This document shows, one piece after another, positions 27,766 through 37,961 of a stretch of DNA of 64,000 nucleotides. Position 1 is the stretch's first letter; every line of letters begins with the position of its first letter. This DNA is from Acidobacteriota bacterium. Lineage in GTDB: Bacteria; Acidobacteriota; Vicinamibacteria; Vicinamibacterales; UBA2999. A program made the position numbers and the translations under genes. Location of the stretch: NCBI GenBank assembly GCA_040754955.1, contig JBFMCA010000007.1, forward strand, positions 6,123 to 70,122, in the 5' to 3' direction. The notes below the pieces were generated by a model. The model saw only the letters and a program-made list of their open reading frames with translations. It was not told the origin of the DNA and did not search any database.

Positions 27766-28041
27766 ATGCTGCTCGCGCGGATCGTCGGCACCGTCGTGGC
27801 GACGCGGAAGGACCCGCGGCTCGTCAGCAACAAGCTGCTGCTGGCGCGCCCGGTGGATCCGCGCGATCGGTCGAAGCTCGACGGCGGCTACCTGGTCGCC
27901 GTCGACACGGTCGACGCGGGCGTCGGCGAGACGGTGCTCATCGTGAGCGGCAGCTCGGCGCGCATGGCGTCGGGCATGAAGGACTGTCCGGTCGACGCGG
28001 CGGTGGTGGGCATCGTCGACGCCGTCGATCTGGCCGACTGA
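27766..28041 (+). CDS. BMC-P shell vertex pentamer (EutN/CcmL) 1
   Basis: MLLARIVGTVVATRK...VAVDTVDAGVGE...DAAVVGIVD. Confidence 0.95.
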   Translation: MLLARIVGTVVATRKDPRLVSNKLLLARPVDPRDRSKLDGGYLVAVDTVDAGVGETVLIVSGSSARMASGMKDCPVDAAVVGIVDAVDLAD

Positions 28042-28048
28042 CGAGGTC

Positions 28049-28321
28049 ATGCAGATTGCCCGCGTGATCGGCGACGTCGTCGCGACCCGCAAGGAGCCTG
28101 CCTTCGACGGCATCGCGCTGCTCGTGATTCAACCGCTCGCGCACGATCGCACGCCGGTCGGGCGCCCGATCGTGGCGGTCGACACGGTCGGCGCCGGCGT
28201 CGGCGAGGACGTGTTCTTCGTGCGGGGCAAGGAAGCCAGCTTCCCGTTCTATCCCCTCGAGGTCCCGGCCGACGCGGGCATCGTCGGCATCGTGGACCAC
28301 TGGACGACCACCGGCGCATGA
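28049..28321 (+). CDS. BMC-P shell vertex pentamer (EutN/CcmL) 2
   Basis: MQIARVIGDVVATRK...VAVDTVGAGVGE...DAGIVGIVD. Confidence 0.95.
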   Translation: MQIARVIGDVVATRKEPAFDGIALLVIQPLAHDRTPVGRPIVAVDTVGAGVGEDVFFVRGKEASFPFYPLEVPADAGIVGIVDHWTTTGA

Positions 28322-28590
28322 TCCTGGCGCGTGTCGTCGGCGAGCTCGTCTCGACGCAGAAGCGGCCGCAGTTCGAGGGCGCCACGCTGCTGGTGGTGCA
28401 GCCGGAAACGCCGGCGGGCGCGCCGACCGGGGCGACGCTGGTCGCGATCGACTCGGTGGGCGCCGGCCGCGGCGAGCGCGTGCTGGCGGTGCTCGAGGGC
28501 CGGGCCGCCGGCGAGGCGCTGGGGCGCCGGCTCGCGCCGGTGGACGCGGCCATCGTCGGCATCGTGGACCACGTCGAGGTGGCGGAATGA
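28318..28590 (+). CDS. BMC-P shell vertex pentamer (EutN/CcmL) 3
   Basis: MILARVVGELVSTQK...VAIDSVGAGRGE...DAAIVGIVD. Confidence 0.95.
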   Translation: MILARVVGELVSTQKRPQFEGATLLVVQPETPAGAPTGATLVAIDSVGAGRGERVLAVLEGRAAGEALGRRLAPVDAAIVGIVDHVEVAE

Positions 28591-28838
28591 CGGACGACGA
28601 GATCCGGACGCTCGTGCGCGGAGCCATCGCGCGGCATCTGGGCCCGGTCGGCGCGCCAGCCGGCGCAGCGACGGCGAACGCGCTGCATGGCGCAACGCCG
28701 GTCGAGCCGCCGGCGTGGCGGGCGCACCCGAGCTTCGGGCGGTTCCTGCTCCCGCGCGATGCCGGCGATGCGTCGTGCCTCATCGAGCCGTCGGTCCGGT
28801 GCACGCACTGCGGCTTCTGCCAGTCCTACGGCCACTGA
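28587..28838 (+). CDS. Small BMC-associated protein with N-terminal encapsulation-peptide-like helix and C-terminal 4-Cys motif
   Basis: MTDDEIRTLVRGAIARHL ... CLIEPSVRCTHCGFCQSYGH; ATGA overlap with BMC-P3. Confidence 0.75.
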   Translation: MTDDEIRTLVRGAIARHLGPVGAPAGAATANALHGATPVEPPAWRAHPSFGRFLLPRDAGDASCLIEPSVRCTHCGFCQSYGH

Positions 28839-28844
28839 GTCCTG

Positions 28845-29792
28845 GTGAAGCCGCCGGTCCTCCTCACCCGGAAGGTGCCGAGCGCCGTGGTGGCACGGCT
28901 CGAGGACGCCTGCCGTCTCGACCTCTACACGGGACGCGAGGCCATTCCGCGTGACGAGCTGCTCGCGCGGGTGCGGGGCGTCCACGCCCTCATCTGCCTG
29001 CTGACCGACCGGATTGACGAGGCCGTGCTCGAGGCGGCCGGGCCGGAGCTGAAGATCGTCGCGGACATCGCGGTCGGCTACAACAACATCGATGTGGCGG
29101 CGTGCCGCGCGCGGGGGGTCGTCGTCACCAACACGCCCGATGTGCTGACCAACGCGTGCGCCGATTTCACCTGGGCGCTGATCCTCGGCATCACGCGGCG
29201 GCTGGGCGAGGCCGAGCGCCAGCTCAGGCGCGGCGACTGGCAGGGTTGGGCGCTCGACCACATGCTGGGCACGGAGCTCGCCGGCAAGCAGCTCGGCGTG
29301 GTCGGGATGGGCCGCATCGGCCGCGCGGTGGCGGCGAAGGCGCCGGCCTTCGGCATGTCGGTGGCCTACACGGCACGGCGCGCCGTCGATCTGCCGGGCG
29401 CCGAGCGCATGCCGTTCGACCGTCTGCTGGCCACGTCGGACGTCGTGTCGCTGCACGTGCCGCTGGGGCCCGAGACGAGGCACCTCGTCGATCAGAAGGC
29501 GCTCCTCAAGATGAAGCGGACGGCGTTTCTGGTGAACACGGCCCGGGGACCCATCGTCGACGAGGCGGCCCTTGCCTGGGCGCTCGGCCAGGGCATCCTC
29601 GCGGGGGCCGCGCTGGACGTCTTCGAGCACGAGCCCGCCGTGCACCCGGCGCTGCTGGGCCTCGAGAACGTCATGCTCATCCCGCACATCGCGAGCGCGA
29701 CCACGGAAACGCGCACGGCGATGGCCGATCTGGCGGCGTCGAACGTGCTCAACGTGCTGGCGGGCCGCCCGCCGCTGACGCCGGTGCCATGA
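28845..29792 (+). CDS. D-isomer-specific 2-hydroxyacid dehydrogenase (glyoxylate/hydroxypyruvate reductase-like)
   Basis: VGYNNID, TNTPDVLT, GMGRIG, NTARG, LDVFEHEP, PHIAS. Confidence 0.92.
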   Translation: MKPPVLLTRKVPSAVVARLEDACRLDLYTGREAIPRDELLARVRGVHALICLLTDRIDEAVLEAAGPELKIVADIAVGYNNIDVAACRARGVVVTNTPDVLTNACADFTWALILGITRRLGEAERQLRRGDWQGWALDHMLGTELAGKQLGVVGMGRIGRAVAAKAPAFGMSVAYTARRAVDLPGAERMPFDRLLATSDVVSLHVPLGPETRHLVDQKALLKMKRTAFLVNTARGPIVDEAALAWALGQGILAGAALDVFEHEPAVHPALLGLENVMLIPHIASATTETRTAMADLAASNVLNVLAGRPPLTPVP

Positions 29793-30475
29793 GGAAGCCC
29801 CGCCCCGCGGTCGTCGAGCGCGTCATGCGCACGCTGGCCCGCGAGATCGACGGCATGGAGCTGCCGGCCATCGAGAAGATCTCCGAGAGCCAGAAGGAAG
29901 ATCCGTTCCAGGTGCTCATCGGCACGCTGCTGTCGGCGCGCACGCAGGACGCCACGACGCTGGCCGCTTCGCGGCGCCTGTTCCGGCGCGCCCGCACGCC
30001 GCGGTCGATGGCGCGGCTGCCGGTGGGCGAGATCGAGCGGCTCATCTACCCGGTGAGCTTCTACCGGAACAAGGCGCGGTTCGTGAAGGCCACCTGCGAG
30101 GCGATCGTCACGCGGTTTGGCGGGGTCGTGCCCGGCCGGCTCGAAGACCTGGTCACGCTGCCCGGCGTCGGCCGCAAGACCGCGACGCTGGTGCTCATCC
30201 TGGCCTTCCAGAGCCACCAGCACATCTGCGTCGATACGCACGTGCACCGCATCTCGAACCGGCTCCGGTGGGTGCGCACGCGGCTGCCCGAGGAGACCGA
30301 GCACGCGCTGTACCGGGCCGTGGAGGCGCGGTGGTGGCCCTACCTCAACCTCTACCTTGTGACCTGGGGGCAGAACGTCTGCCGGCCGGTGTATCCTCGA
30401 TGCGGCGAGTGCGCGCTGGCGGCCGACTGCCCCAGACACGGCGTCACGGCCGAGGGGCGGTCACGGAGCGCGTAG
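29789..30475 (+). CDS. nth: Endonuclease III
   Basis: LLSARTQD, LPGVGRKTA HhH motif, VDTHVHR, C-x6-C-x2-C-x5-C Fe-S motif. Confidence 0.92.
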   Translation: MRKPRPAVVERVMRTLAREIDGMELPAIEKISESQKEDPFQVLIGTLLSARTQDATTLAASRRLFRRARTPRSMARLPVGEIERLIYPVSFYRNKARFVKATCEAIVTRFGGVVPGRLEDLVTLPGVGRKTATLVLILAFQSHQHICVDTHVHRISNRLRWVRTRLPEETEHALYRAVEARWWPYLNLYLVTWGQNVCRPVYPRCGECALAADCPRHGVTAEGRSRSA

Positions 30476-30501
30476 GCGAAGTGGATTCGTTGGAGGTGAA
30501 C

Positions 30502-31065
30502 ATGTTCGCGCGTGTGCTGGGATCGACCGCGGCGATGGCGCTGGCGGCCCTGCTCGTCCTTCCCGTGTCGGCGTGGGCCCAGGCCCAGACGTCGCCCGGA
30601 GCCGGCGACGTCATCGTCCTCGAGACCGAGAAGGGCACGATCGAGATCGAGACCTACCCGAACGAGGCGCCCAGGACCGTGGCGCACATCCTGGGGCTCG
30701 TGAAGAAGCGCTTCTACAACGGCCAGCGCGTCCACCGCGTGGTGGCGAACTTCGTCGTGCAGCTCGGCGACCCGCAGACGCGGGACATGACGAAGCAGAA
30801 GCAGTGGGGCACCGGCGGCAGCGGCGGCTCGGTTGGCGTGGCGGAATTCTCGAAGACCCGCAAGCACGCGCCCGGCATCGTCTCGATGGCGCATGCCGGC
30901 GATCCGACCAAGGCCGACAGCCAGTTCTTCATCTGCCTGGGCACGCCGAGCCATCTCGACGGCAAGCATCAGATCTTCGGCCAGGTCATCAGCGGCATGG
31001 ACGTCGTGCGCAAGATCGCCGTCGGCGACCGCATCGTCAGAGCAACCGTGCGGGAGGCAAAGTAG
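30502..31065 (+). CDS. Exported cyclophilin-type peptidyl-prolyl isomerase
   Basis: GGAGG RBS, signal peptide, FYNGQRVHRVV, SMAH, SQFFI, HLDGKHQIFGQV. Confidence 0.9.
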   Translation: MFARVLGSTAAMALAALLVLPVSAWAQAQTSPGAGDVIVLETEKGTIEIETYPNEAPRTVAHILGLVKKRFYNGQRVHRVVANFVVQLGDPQTRDMTKQKQWGTGGSGGSVGVAEFSKTRKHAPGIVSMAHAGDPTKADSQFFICLGTPSHLDGKHQIFGQVISGMDVVRKIAVGDRIVRATVREAK

Positions 31066-31945
31066 CCACCAGCCCCTCGAGCGAGGGATAGCGCGCCACC
31101 AGCTCGGCGGGCATCGGCGCCCGGACCGGGTCGTCGAGCAGGTGGCGCAGCATCGTCGCGTTGGCCACGGCCTGTGCGGCGAAGTGGTTGTTCAGGTACA
31201 GATAGGCCTTCTTCACCAGCGCGTTCGCGCGCCGCATCGCGTCGGCGAACGGTTTCAGCTCGGCCTCCGAATACAGGTAGTCGTAGCGGTCCTCGGCCTC
31301 GGCGTGATCCCACCACGCGGCGGCATTCCGGCCGTGGAAGCGCACGTACAGCAGGCCGCCGGAGCGCGGCTCGAAGTCCTGGACGATGGACGAGGAGAAC
31401 TTCGGCTCGTCGATGTGGGCCAGCGACACGCCGCGGGCCGCGAGGCGCGCGAGCGCGCGAACGTCGTCGCTCCACGTGCGGTGGCGCAGCTCGACCACCA
31501 GCGGGTAGGCCGCGAAGGTCGCCGCCAGCCAGTCGAGATACTCCTGCGCCTCGGGCGTGTTGTGGAAGCTCGGCGGGAACTGGGCCAGCACCGCCCCGAG
31601 GCGGCCCGCGGCGGCAAGCGGCTCGATGCCGCCCTCGAACGCCGCGATGTCGTCCCGCGAGATGGGTGCCCGGTCCACCGCCATGCGGGGGTGCGTGAAC
31701 TTCTGGTACAGCTTCACCGAGAACGAGAACCCGGCGGGTGTGCGGCGCACCCACGACAGCGAGACGTTCGCGCGCGGCTGCCCGTAGAACGTGGAGTTGA
31801 CCTCGACCGTGTCGAAGCGAGCCGCGTAGAATGCCAGCTCGTCGAAGCCGCGCGGCCGGTCCTCGGGGCGCGGGTAGAAGAGGCCGTCCCACGTCCCGCG
31901 CCCGGCGGGGTAGTGCCAGCCCGACGTGCCGATGTGCAGCTCCAT
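31037..31945 (-). CDS. DUF72 family protein
   Basis: IGTSGW, VEVNSTFY, QFPPSF, YVRFHGRN, YDYLYS, YLNNH. Confidence 0.9.
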   Translation of the reverse strand: MELHIGTSGWHYPAGRGTWDGLFYPRPEDRPRGFDELAFYAARFDTVEVNSTFYGQPRANVSLSWVRRTPAGFSFSVKLYQKFTHPRMAVDRAPISRDDIAAFEGGIEPLAAAGRLGAVLAQFPPSFHNTPEAQEYLDWLAATFAAYPLVVELRHRTWSDDVRALARLAARGVSLAHIDEPKFSSSIVQDFEPRSGGLLYVRFHGRNAAAWWDHAEAEDRYDYLYSEAELKPFADAMRRANALVKKAYLYLNNHFAAQAVANATMLRHLLDDPVRAPMPAELVARYPSLEGLVATLPPARLL

Positions 31946-31978
31946 GAGAAAATGAGGGTCGGGCCTATTTTCTCCCCG

Positions 31979-32620
31979 ATGCTGACGGTCAACGAAATCT
32001 TCCACTCCATCCAGGGCGAGTCCACCCACACGGGCCGCCCGTGCGTCTTCGTGCGGCTGACGGCCTGCGACCTCCGGTGCTCGTGGTGCGATACGCCGTA
32101 CGCGTTTCACGAAGGGCGCAGGATGTCCGTGGACGAGGTGCTGGCCGAGGTGGCGCGCTACGGCTGCGACCTCGTCGAGGTGACCGGCGGCGAGCCGCTG
32201 CTGCAGAGCGACGTGTACCCGCTGATGGAGCGGCTGCTGGCAGAAGGACGCACGGTGCTGCTCGAAACCGGCGGGCACCGCAGCGTCGCCCAGGTGCCGG
32301 CCGGCGTCGTGAAGATCGTGGACGTGAAGTGCCCCGGTTCCGGCGAAGCCGACAAGAACGACTGGTCCAACCTGGCCCGCCTGGCGACCCGGGACCAGGT
32401 GAAGTTCGTCATCAGGGACCGCGCCGACTACGAGTTCGCCCGCCGCGTCGTGGAGCGGGAGGGGCTGACGGCCCGGACGGCCGCGGTGCTGTTCTCGCCG
32501 GTGCACGGCGTGCTCGAGCCGCGCGAGCTGGCTGCCTGGATCCTGCACGATGGCCTGCGCGTGCGACTGCAGCTCCAGGCGCACAAGTACATCTGGGGCG
32601 CGGAGGTCCGGGGCGTCTGA
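31979..32620 (+). CDS. queE: 7-carboxy-7-deazaguanine synthase (radical SAM)
   Basis: [32 protein letters not shown]. Confidence 0.95.
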   Translation: MLTVNEIFHSIQGESTHTGRPCVFVRLTACDLRCSWCDTPYAFHEGRRMSVDEVLAEVARYGCDLVEVTGGEPLLQSDVYPLMERLLAEGRTVLLETGGHRSVAQVPAGVVKIVDVKCPGSGEADKNDWSNLARLATRDQVKFVIRDRADYEFARRVVEREGLTARTAAVLFSPVHGVLEPRELAAWILHDGLRVRLQLQAHKYIWGAEVRGV

Positions 32621-33291
32621 TGCAGGCGGCGGTCGTGCTCCTGAGCGGCGGTCTCGATTCGGCGACCGCGGCGGCGGTGGCCCGACGCGAGGGTTTCGCC
32701 CTGCATGCCCTGACCGTCCGCTACGGGCAGCGGCACGCCCAGGAGCTGGCTGCCGCGCGCGCCGTCGCGCGCGCGCTCGGCGCGGCGCGCCATCTCGAGG
32801 TCGATGTCGACCTCCGGAGCATCGGCGGGTCGGCGCTCACCGCCGGCATCGACGTCCCGAAGGACCGCCCGCTCGATCACGCGGACATCCCCGTCACCTA
32901 CGTCCCCGCCCGCAACACCGTGTTCCTGTCGCTGGCGCTCGGGTGGGCCGAGGTGCTCGGTGCGGCCGACATCTTCATCGGCGTGAACGCACTCGACTAC
33001 TCGGGCTATCCCGACTGCCGGCCGGCGTTTATCCAGGCCTTCGAGCGCCTGGCTGCGGTGGGGACCCGGGCCGGCGTCGAGGGCCGGCGCCTGCGGGTCC
33101 ACACGCCCCTGATCTCGATGACGAAGGCGGAGATCATCCGGCTGGGGCTGTCGCTCGGCGTCGATTACGGCCTGACGCACAGCTGTTACGATCCGCCGTC
33201 CGACGGCCGACCCTGCGGCCGCTGCGACAGCTGCCGTCTCCGAGCCGCGGGGTTTGCGCAGGTCGGTGTTCCTGACCCGCTCGTCGTCTGA
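32620..33291 (+). CDS. queC: 7-cyano-7-deazaguanine synthase
   Basis: [27 protein letters not shown]. Confidence 0.96.
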   Translation: MQAAVVLLSGGLDSATAAAVARREGFALHALTVRYGQRHAQELAAARAVARALGAARHLEVDVDLRSIGGSALTAGIDVPKDRPLDHADIPVTYVPARNTVFLSLALGWAEVLGAADIFIGVNALDYSGYPDCRPAFIQAFERLAAVGTRAGVEGRRLRVHTPLISMTKAEIIRLGLSLGVDYGLTHSCYDPPSDGRPCGRCDSCRLRAAGFAQVGVPDPLVV

Positions 33292-33317
33292 CGCCTGCTG
33301 CTAGGATCGAGGATCCC

Positions 33318-35135
33318 TTGGCCCCGCCACTCCGCCGCCGATTCGCTGTCGCCGCCACCGCGGTGTCCATCCCGCTGCTGGCGCTGACGATGCTCTCGGG
33401 ACGGTTGACCTACCTGCAGGAGCGGGAGGAGCTCGCGCAGGAGACGCGGACGACGGCCGTGACCGTCGTGGCGTACCTGAACCGGATGCTGACCTCCGCC
33501 GACAGCGTGGCGGTCGCGCTGGCCGAGCACCCAGCCGTGCGCCAGCTCGACGAGGCCGCGCTTGCCGTCGTGCTGCCCCGACTGACCACGGCCCTGGTCG
33601 AGAACATCGTCGTGGCCACGCCCGCGGGGCGGCCCGTGTCGTGGGCGCGGGCGCCGGAGCCTTCGGTCGAGGGCGCGCTCGATCCGTCGTTCCTGGCCCG
33701 TGTCGCGGCGGTGGGCCGCATGCAGGTGAGCCGGGTCATGGGTCAGCCGGGCGCGGCGCGCCACGCGGTGGTCATTGCGTACCCGGTCAGGGACGAAGGC
33801 CGCACGGTGGCGGCGCTCGGCTTCGTGGTGCGCACGGAGGCAGCCGAGGACGTGCTCCGCAACATCCCGCTGCCGCCGGGGTCGGTCGTGACGCTTTCCG
33901 ACGATCGGAGCGTGGTGGTCGCGCGCAGCCGCGAGTCCGCGGCGTACGTCGGCCGGGCCATCGAAGCGCCGGGGCAATCGCGGAGCGTCGAGGACGTGCC
34001 CTCGAGCGTGATTCGCGTGGGCGTCGACGGCGTGGAGCGCGTGTTCGCCAACGACGTCGTTGAACGGGGCGGCTGGCTGGTGAGCGTCGGCATCCCGACC
34101 GCGGTGGCCTGGGAGCGGTCGTGGCCGATCATGCAGCGGAATCTCGCCATACTCGTCGGGGGCGCCGTGCTGATCTCGGCCCTGATGGTCTCACTCGGCC
34201 GCCGGTACCTGAAAGCGTTCGACTACTTCGAGGCCGCCGCCGCCCGCGTCGCGGCCGGAGACTTCAGGCCACCGCCTCGCCAGGCGATGCCGGTCCAGGA
34301 ACTCGAGCGGCTGCAGGCGGCGTTCACCGACATGGCGGTCAAGCTCCAGCGGGCGCACGATGCCATCGAGCACCAGATTGCCGACGAGCGGCGCATGCGG
34401 GGCGAACTGCAGTCGCTGCAGCAGCAGGTGATCCGCCAGGAGCGGCTGGCGGCCATCGGCGTGCTGGTGTCCGGCGTGGCGCACGAGCTGAACAACCCGC
34501 TGCAGGCGATCCTGGGATTCGCGGAGCTGCTGCAGATCAGGCACGAGCTGCCCCAGAGTGTGAGGGACGACCTCGGCCTCATTCAACGCGAGAGCGCGAG
34601 GGCCAGCGCGATCATTCGCAACCTGTCGCGCTTCGGCCGGCAGCAGGCGCCCGACCCGACGGCCGTGCTGACGCGCGACCTCCTCGAGGCGGTCGTCGAG
34701 CTGCGGCAGCGCAAGTGCGAGGAGCAGGGCATCCTGCTCGAGATCGAGGATCGAGCCCGGACGCCGATGCTGGCCGTGTTCACCGAGCTCCAGCAGGTGC
34801 TGCTCAACTTCGTCATCAACGCGGAGCAGGCCGTGATGTCCCGGCCGGACGGTCAGCGCCGCATCACCATCCGGACCCTGGACGCGGACGGGCGCGTGCG
34901 CGTGGAGGTCGAGGACAGCGGCGCCGGCGTGCCGCCCGAGCACGAGGCGAAGCTGTTCCAACCGTTCTTCACCACCAAGCCGGTGGGTGAAGGCACCGGG
35001 CTTGGCCTGTCGGTCAGCTACGGCATCGTGGAGTCGTACGGCGGCACGATCGGATACCGCAAGGCGTCCACCGGCGGCGCGCTCTTCTTCTTCGAGCTGC
35101 CGGCCCTCACCGAAGAGGATCTCCTGGCCGAATGA
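33318..35135 (+). CDS. Membrane sensor histidine kinase (Cache-like sensor, HAMP, HisKA, HATPase)
   Basis: Two TM segments; AHELNNPL H-box, NFVINA N-box, DSGAG, PFFTTK, GTGLGL. Confidence 0.92.
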   Translation: MAPPLRRRFAVAATAVSIPLLALTMLSGRLTYLQEREELAQETRTTAVTVVAYLNRMLTSADSVAVALAEHPAVRQLDEAALAVVLPRLTTALVENIVVATPAGRPVSWARAPEPSVEGALDPSFLARVAAVGRMQVSRVMGQPGAARHAVVIAYPVRDEGRTVAALGFVVRTEAAEDVLRNIPLPPGSVVTLSDDRSVVVARSRESAAYVGRAIEAPGQSRSVEDVPSSVIRVGVDGVERVFANDVVERGGWLVSVGIPTAVAWERSWPIMQRNLAILVGGAVLISALMVSLGRRYLKAFDYFEAAAARVAAGDFRPPPRQAMPVQELERLQAAFTDMAVKLQRAHDAIEHQIADERRMRGELQSLQQQVIRQERLAAIGVLVSGVAHELNNPLQAILGFAELLQIRHELPQSVRDDLGLIQRESARASAIIRNLSRFGRQQAPDPTAVLTRDLLEAVVELRQRKCEEQGILLEIEDRARTPMLAVFTELQQVLLNFVINAEQAVMSRPDGQRRITIRTLDADGRVRVEVEDSGAGVPPEHEAKLFQPFFTTKPVGEGTGLGLSVSYGIVESYGGTIGYRKASTGGALFFFELPALTEEDLLAE

Positions 35136-36331
35136 CGACCCGCCTCTACTACACGGAGCCGTACCGCGCGGACTTCGAGGCCACCGTCGTGTCCTGCACG
35201 CGCCAGGGCGACCGCATCGAAGCGCGGCTGGACCGGACCGCTTTCTACCCGACCTCCGGCGGGCAGCCGTTCGACACCGGCCGCCTCGGCGGCGCGCGCG
35301 TGGTGAACGTCGAGGAGGACGACGCCGGCGACGTCGTCCACGTGCTCGACGCGCCGCTCGACCCGGGAGCGCGGGTCCAGGGAGCGATCGACTGGACGCG
35401 CCGCTTCGACCACATGCAGCAGCACTCCGGGCAGCACGTGCTGTCCGCGGCGTTCGACGCCGTCGCGAAGGCGCGGACGGAGAGCTTTCACCTGGGCGCG
35501 GCGTCGTCGACGATCGACCTCGGCCGCGACGTCGGTCCGCCGGAGATCGCGGCCGCGGAGGACGAAGCCAACCGCATCGTCTGGGAAGACCGGCCGGTCG
35601 CGATCCGGTTCGTCACCGCCGAGGACGCCGCGGCCCTGCCGCTCCGGAAGGAGACGCTTCGGACCGGCCGTGTGCGGCTGATTGACGTCGAGGGATTCGA
35701 CCTGTCGGCCTGCGGCGGCACCCACGTGGCGCGCACCGGGGCCATCGGCGTCATCGCCGTCGCCGGCTGGGAGAAGTTCCGCGGCGGGACGCGCGTGGAG
35801 TTCGTGTGCGGGGGGCGCGCGCTGGCCGGCTTCCGGCGCTGGCGGGATGCCTTCGCGGCTTCCGCGCGGGTGCTGTCGGTCGCGCCCGAGGAGCTGGCGG
35901 CCGGCATCGAGCGCCTGCAGGCCGAGAACAAGGCGCTGCAGCGGCGGCTGCGGGGCCTCCAGGAGCAGCTCGCCGCGCACGAGGCCCGGGCGCTCGTGGC
36001 GCGGGCCGCGCCCGCCGGACGCCACCTGGCTGTCGTCGAGGCGCTCGAGGGGTGGGACGCCCAGGGACTCAAAGCGCTCGCCGTTGCCGCGGCGGCAGCC
36101 GAGCCCGCGGCCGCGGTCGTGCTGTTCACCATTGCCGATCCGGCGCTGGCTGTGGTGGCGAGCGGCACGGGGTCGCGCGTCGACGCGGCCGCCATCCTCA
36201 CGGCGCTCGTTGCCGCGTTCGGCGGGAAGGGCGGCGGCAAGCGAGACCTGGCGCAGGGCGGCGGTCTGCGGGCCGCCGGCGGCCCGGGCGAGCTGGTGGC
36301 GGCGGCCCGCGCGCTCGTCGCGTCGGCCTGA
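35132..36331 (+). CDS. Free-standing alanyl-tRNA editing protein (AlaX-like) with DHHA1 domain
   Basis: TAFYPTSGGQ, HMQQHSGQH, CGGTH, C-terminal GGKGGG...AQGG. Confidence 0.9.
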   Translation: MTTRLYYTEPYRADFEATVVSCTRQGDRIEARLDRTAFYPTSGGQPFDTGRLGGARVVNVEEDDAGDVVHVLDAPLDPGARVQGAIDWTRRFDHMQQHSGQHVLSAAFDAVAKARTESFHLGAASSTIDLGRDVGPPEIAAAEDEANRIVWEDRPVAIRFVTAEDAAALPLRKETLRTGRVRLIDVEGFDLSACGGTHVARTGAIGVIAVAGWEKFRGGTRVEFVCGGRALAGFRRWRDAFAASARVLSVAPEELAAGIERLQAENKALQRRLRGLQEQLAAHEARALVARAAPAGRHLAVVEALEGWDAQGLKALAVAAAAAEPAAAVVLFTIADPALAVVASGTGSRVDAAAILTALVAAFGGKGGGKRDLAQGGGLRAAGGPGELVAAARALVASA

Positions 36332-36386
36332 CGCGCGGCCTCCGCGCGGCCGCGGCCGGCCCAGCCGCCCGTGGTGGAACGGGCGG

Positions 36387-37406
<1,020 letters not shown>

Positions 37407-37422
37407 GCGCTCCTCTCCTGGC

Positions 37423-37947
37423 TCACTGCCCGACGACCGCCGCGGCGGGGGCCGCGTCGGCCTTGATGGTCCGGTCTCCGCGCGCCATGGCGGTGGCCCC
37501 GGTGCGCACGAGCTCGACGATGCCGAGCGCGCGGAGGCGGTCGATGGCGTGATCGATCCGCGGCGGCTCGCCCGTGATCTCGACGGTGACCGTCGACGTA
37601 CCGGAGTCGACCACGTGGCCGCCGACTTCGTCGATGGTGCGATGCAGGCGGGCGCGCGACAGCGGGCTCGCCGACAGCTTGACGAGCGCGAGGTCGCGGC
37701 TCACCGCCGGCGTGCCCGTCAGGTCGTCCACCTGGAGCACGTTCACCAGCTTGTAGAGATTGGCGACGACGCGGTCGATGCCGGTCTGGGTGCCGTCGAT
37801 GACGAACGTCATGCGGGAGACGCCAGGCTCGTCGGTCCGTCCGACGGTGAGCGACTCGATGTTGAAGGCCCGGCGCCGCATGAGCGACGCCACGCGGTTC
37901 AGGACGCCGGGCTTGTCCTCGACGAGGGCGACGAGCGTGTGATGCAT
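37423..37947 (-). CDS. ilvN: Acetolactate synthase small subunit
   Basis: [19 protein letters not shown]...FNIESLTVG...ELVRTG. Confidence 0.95.
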   Translation of the reverse strand: MHHTLVALVEDKPGVLNRVASLMRRRAFNIESLTVGRTDEPGVSRMTFVIDGTQTGIDRVVANLYKLVNVLQVDDLTGTPAVSRDLALVKLSASPLSRARLHRTIDEVGGHVVDSGTSTVTVEITGEPPRIDHAIDRLRALGIVELVRTGATAMARGDRTIKADAAPAAAVVGQ

Positions 37948-37961
37948 CGGGCAGCCTCCTG

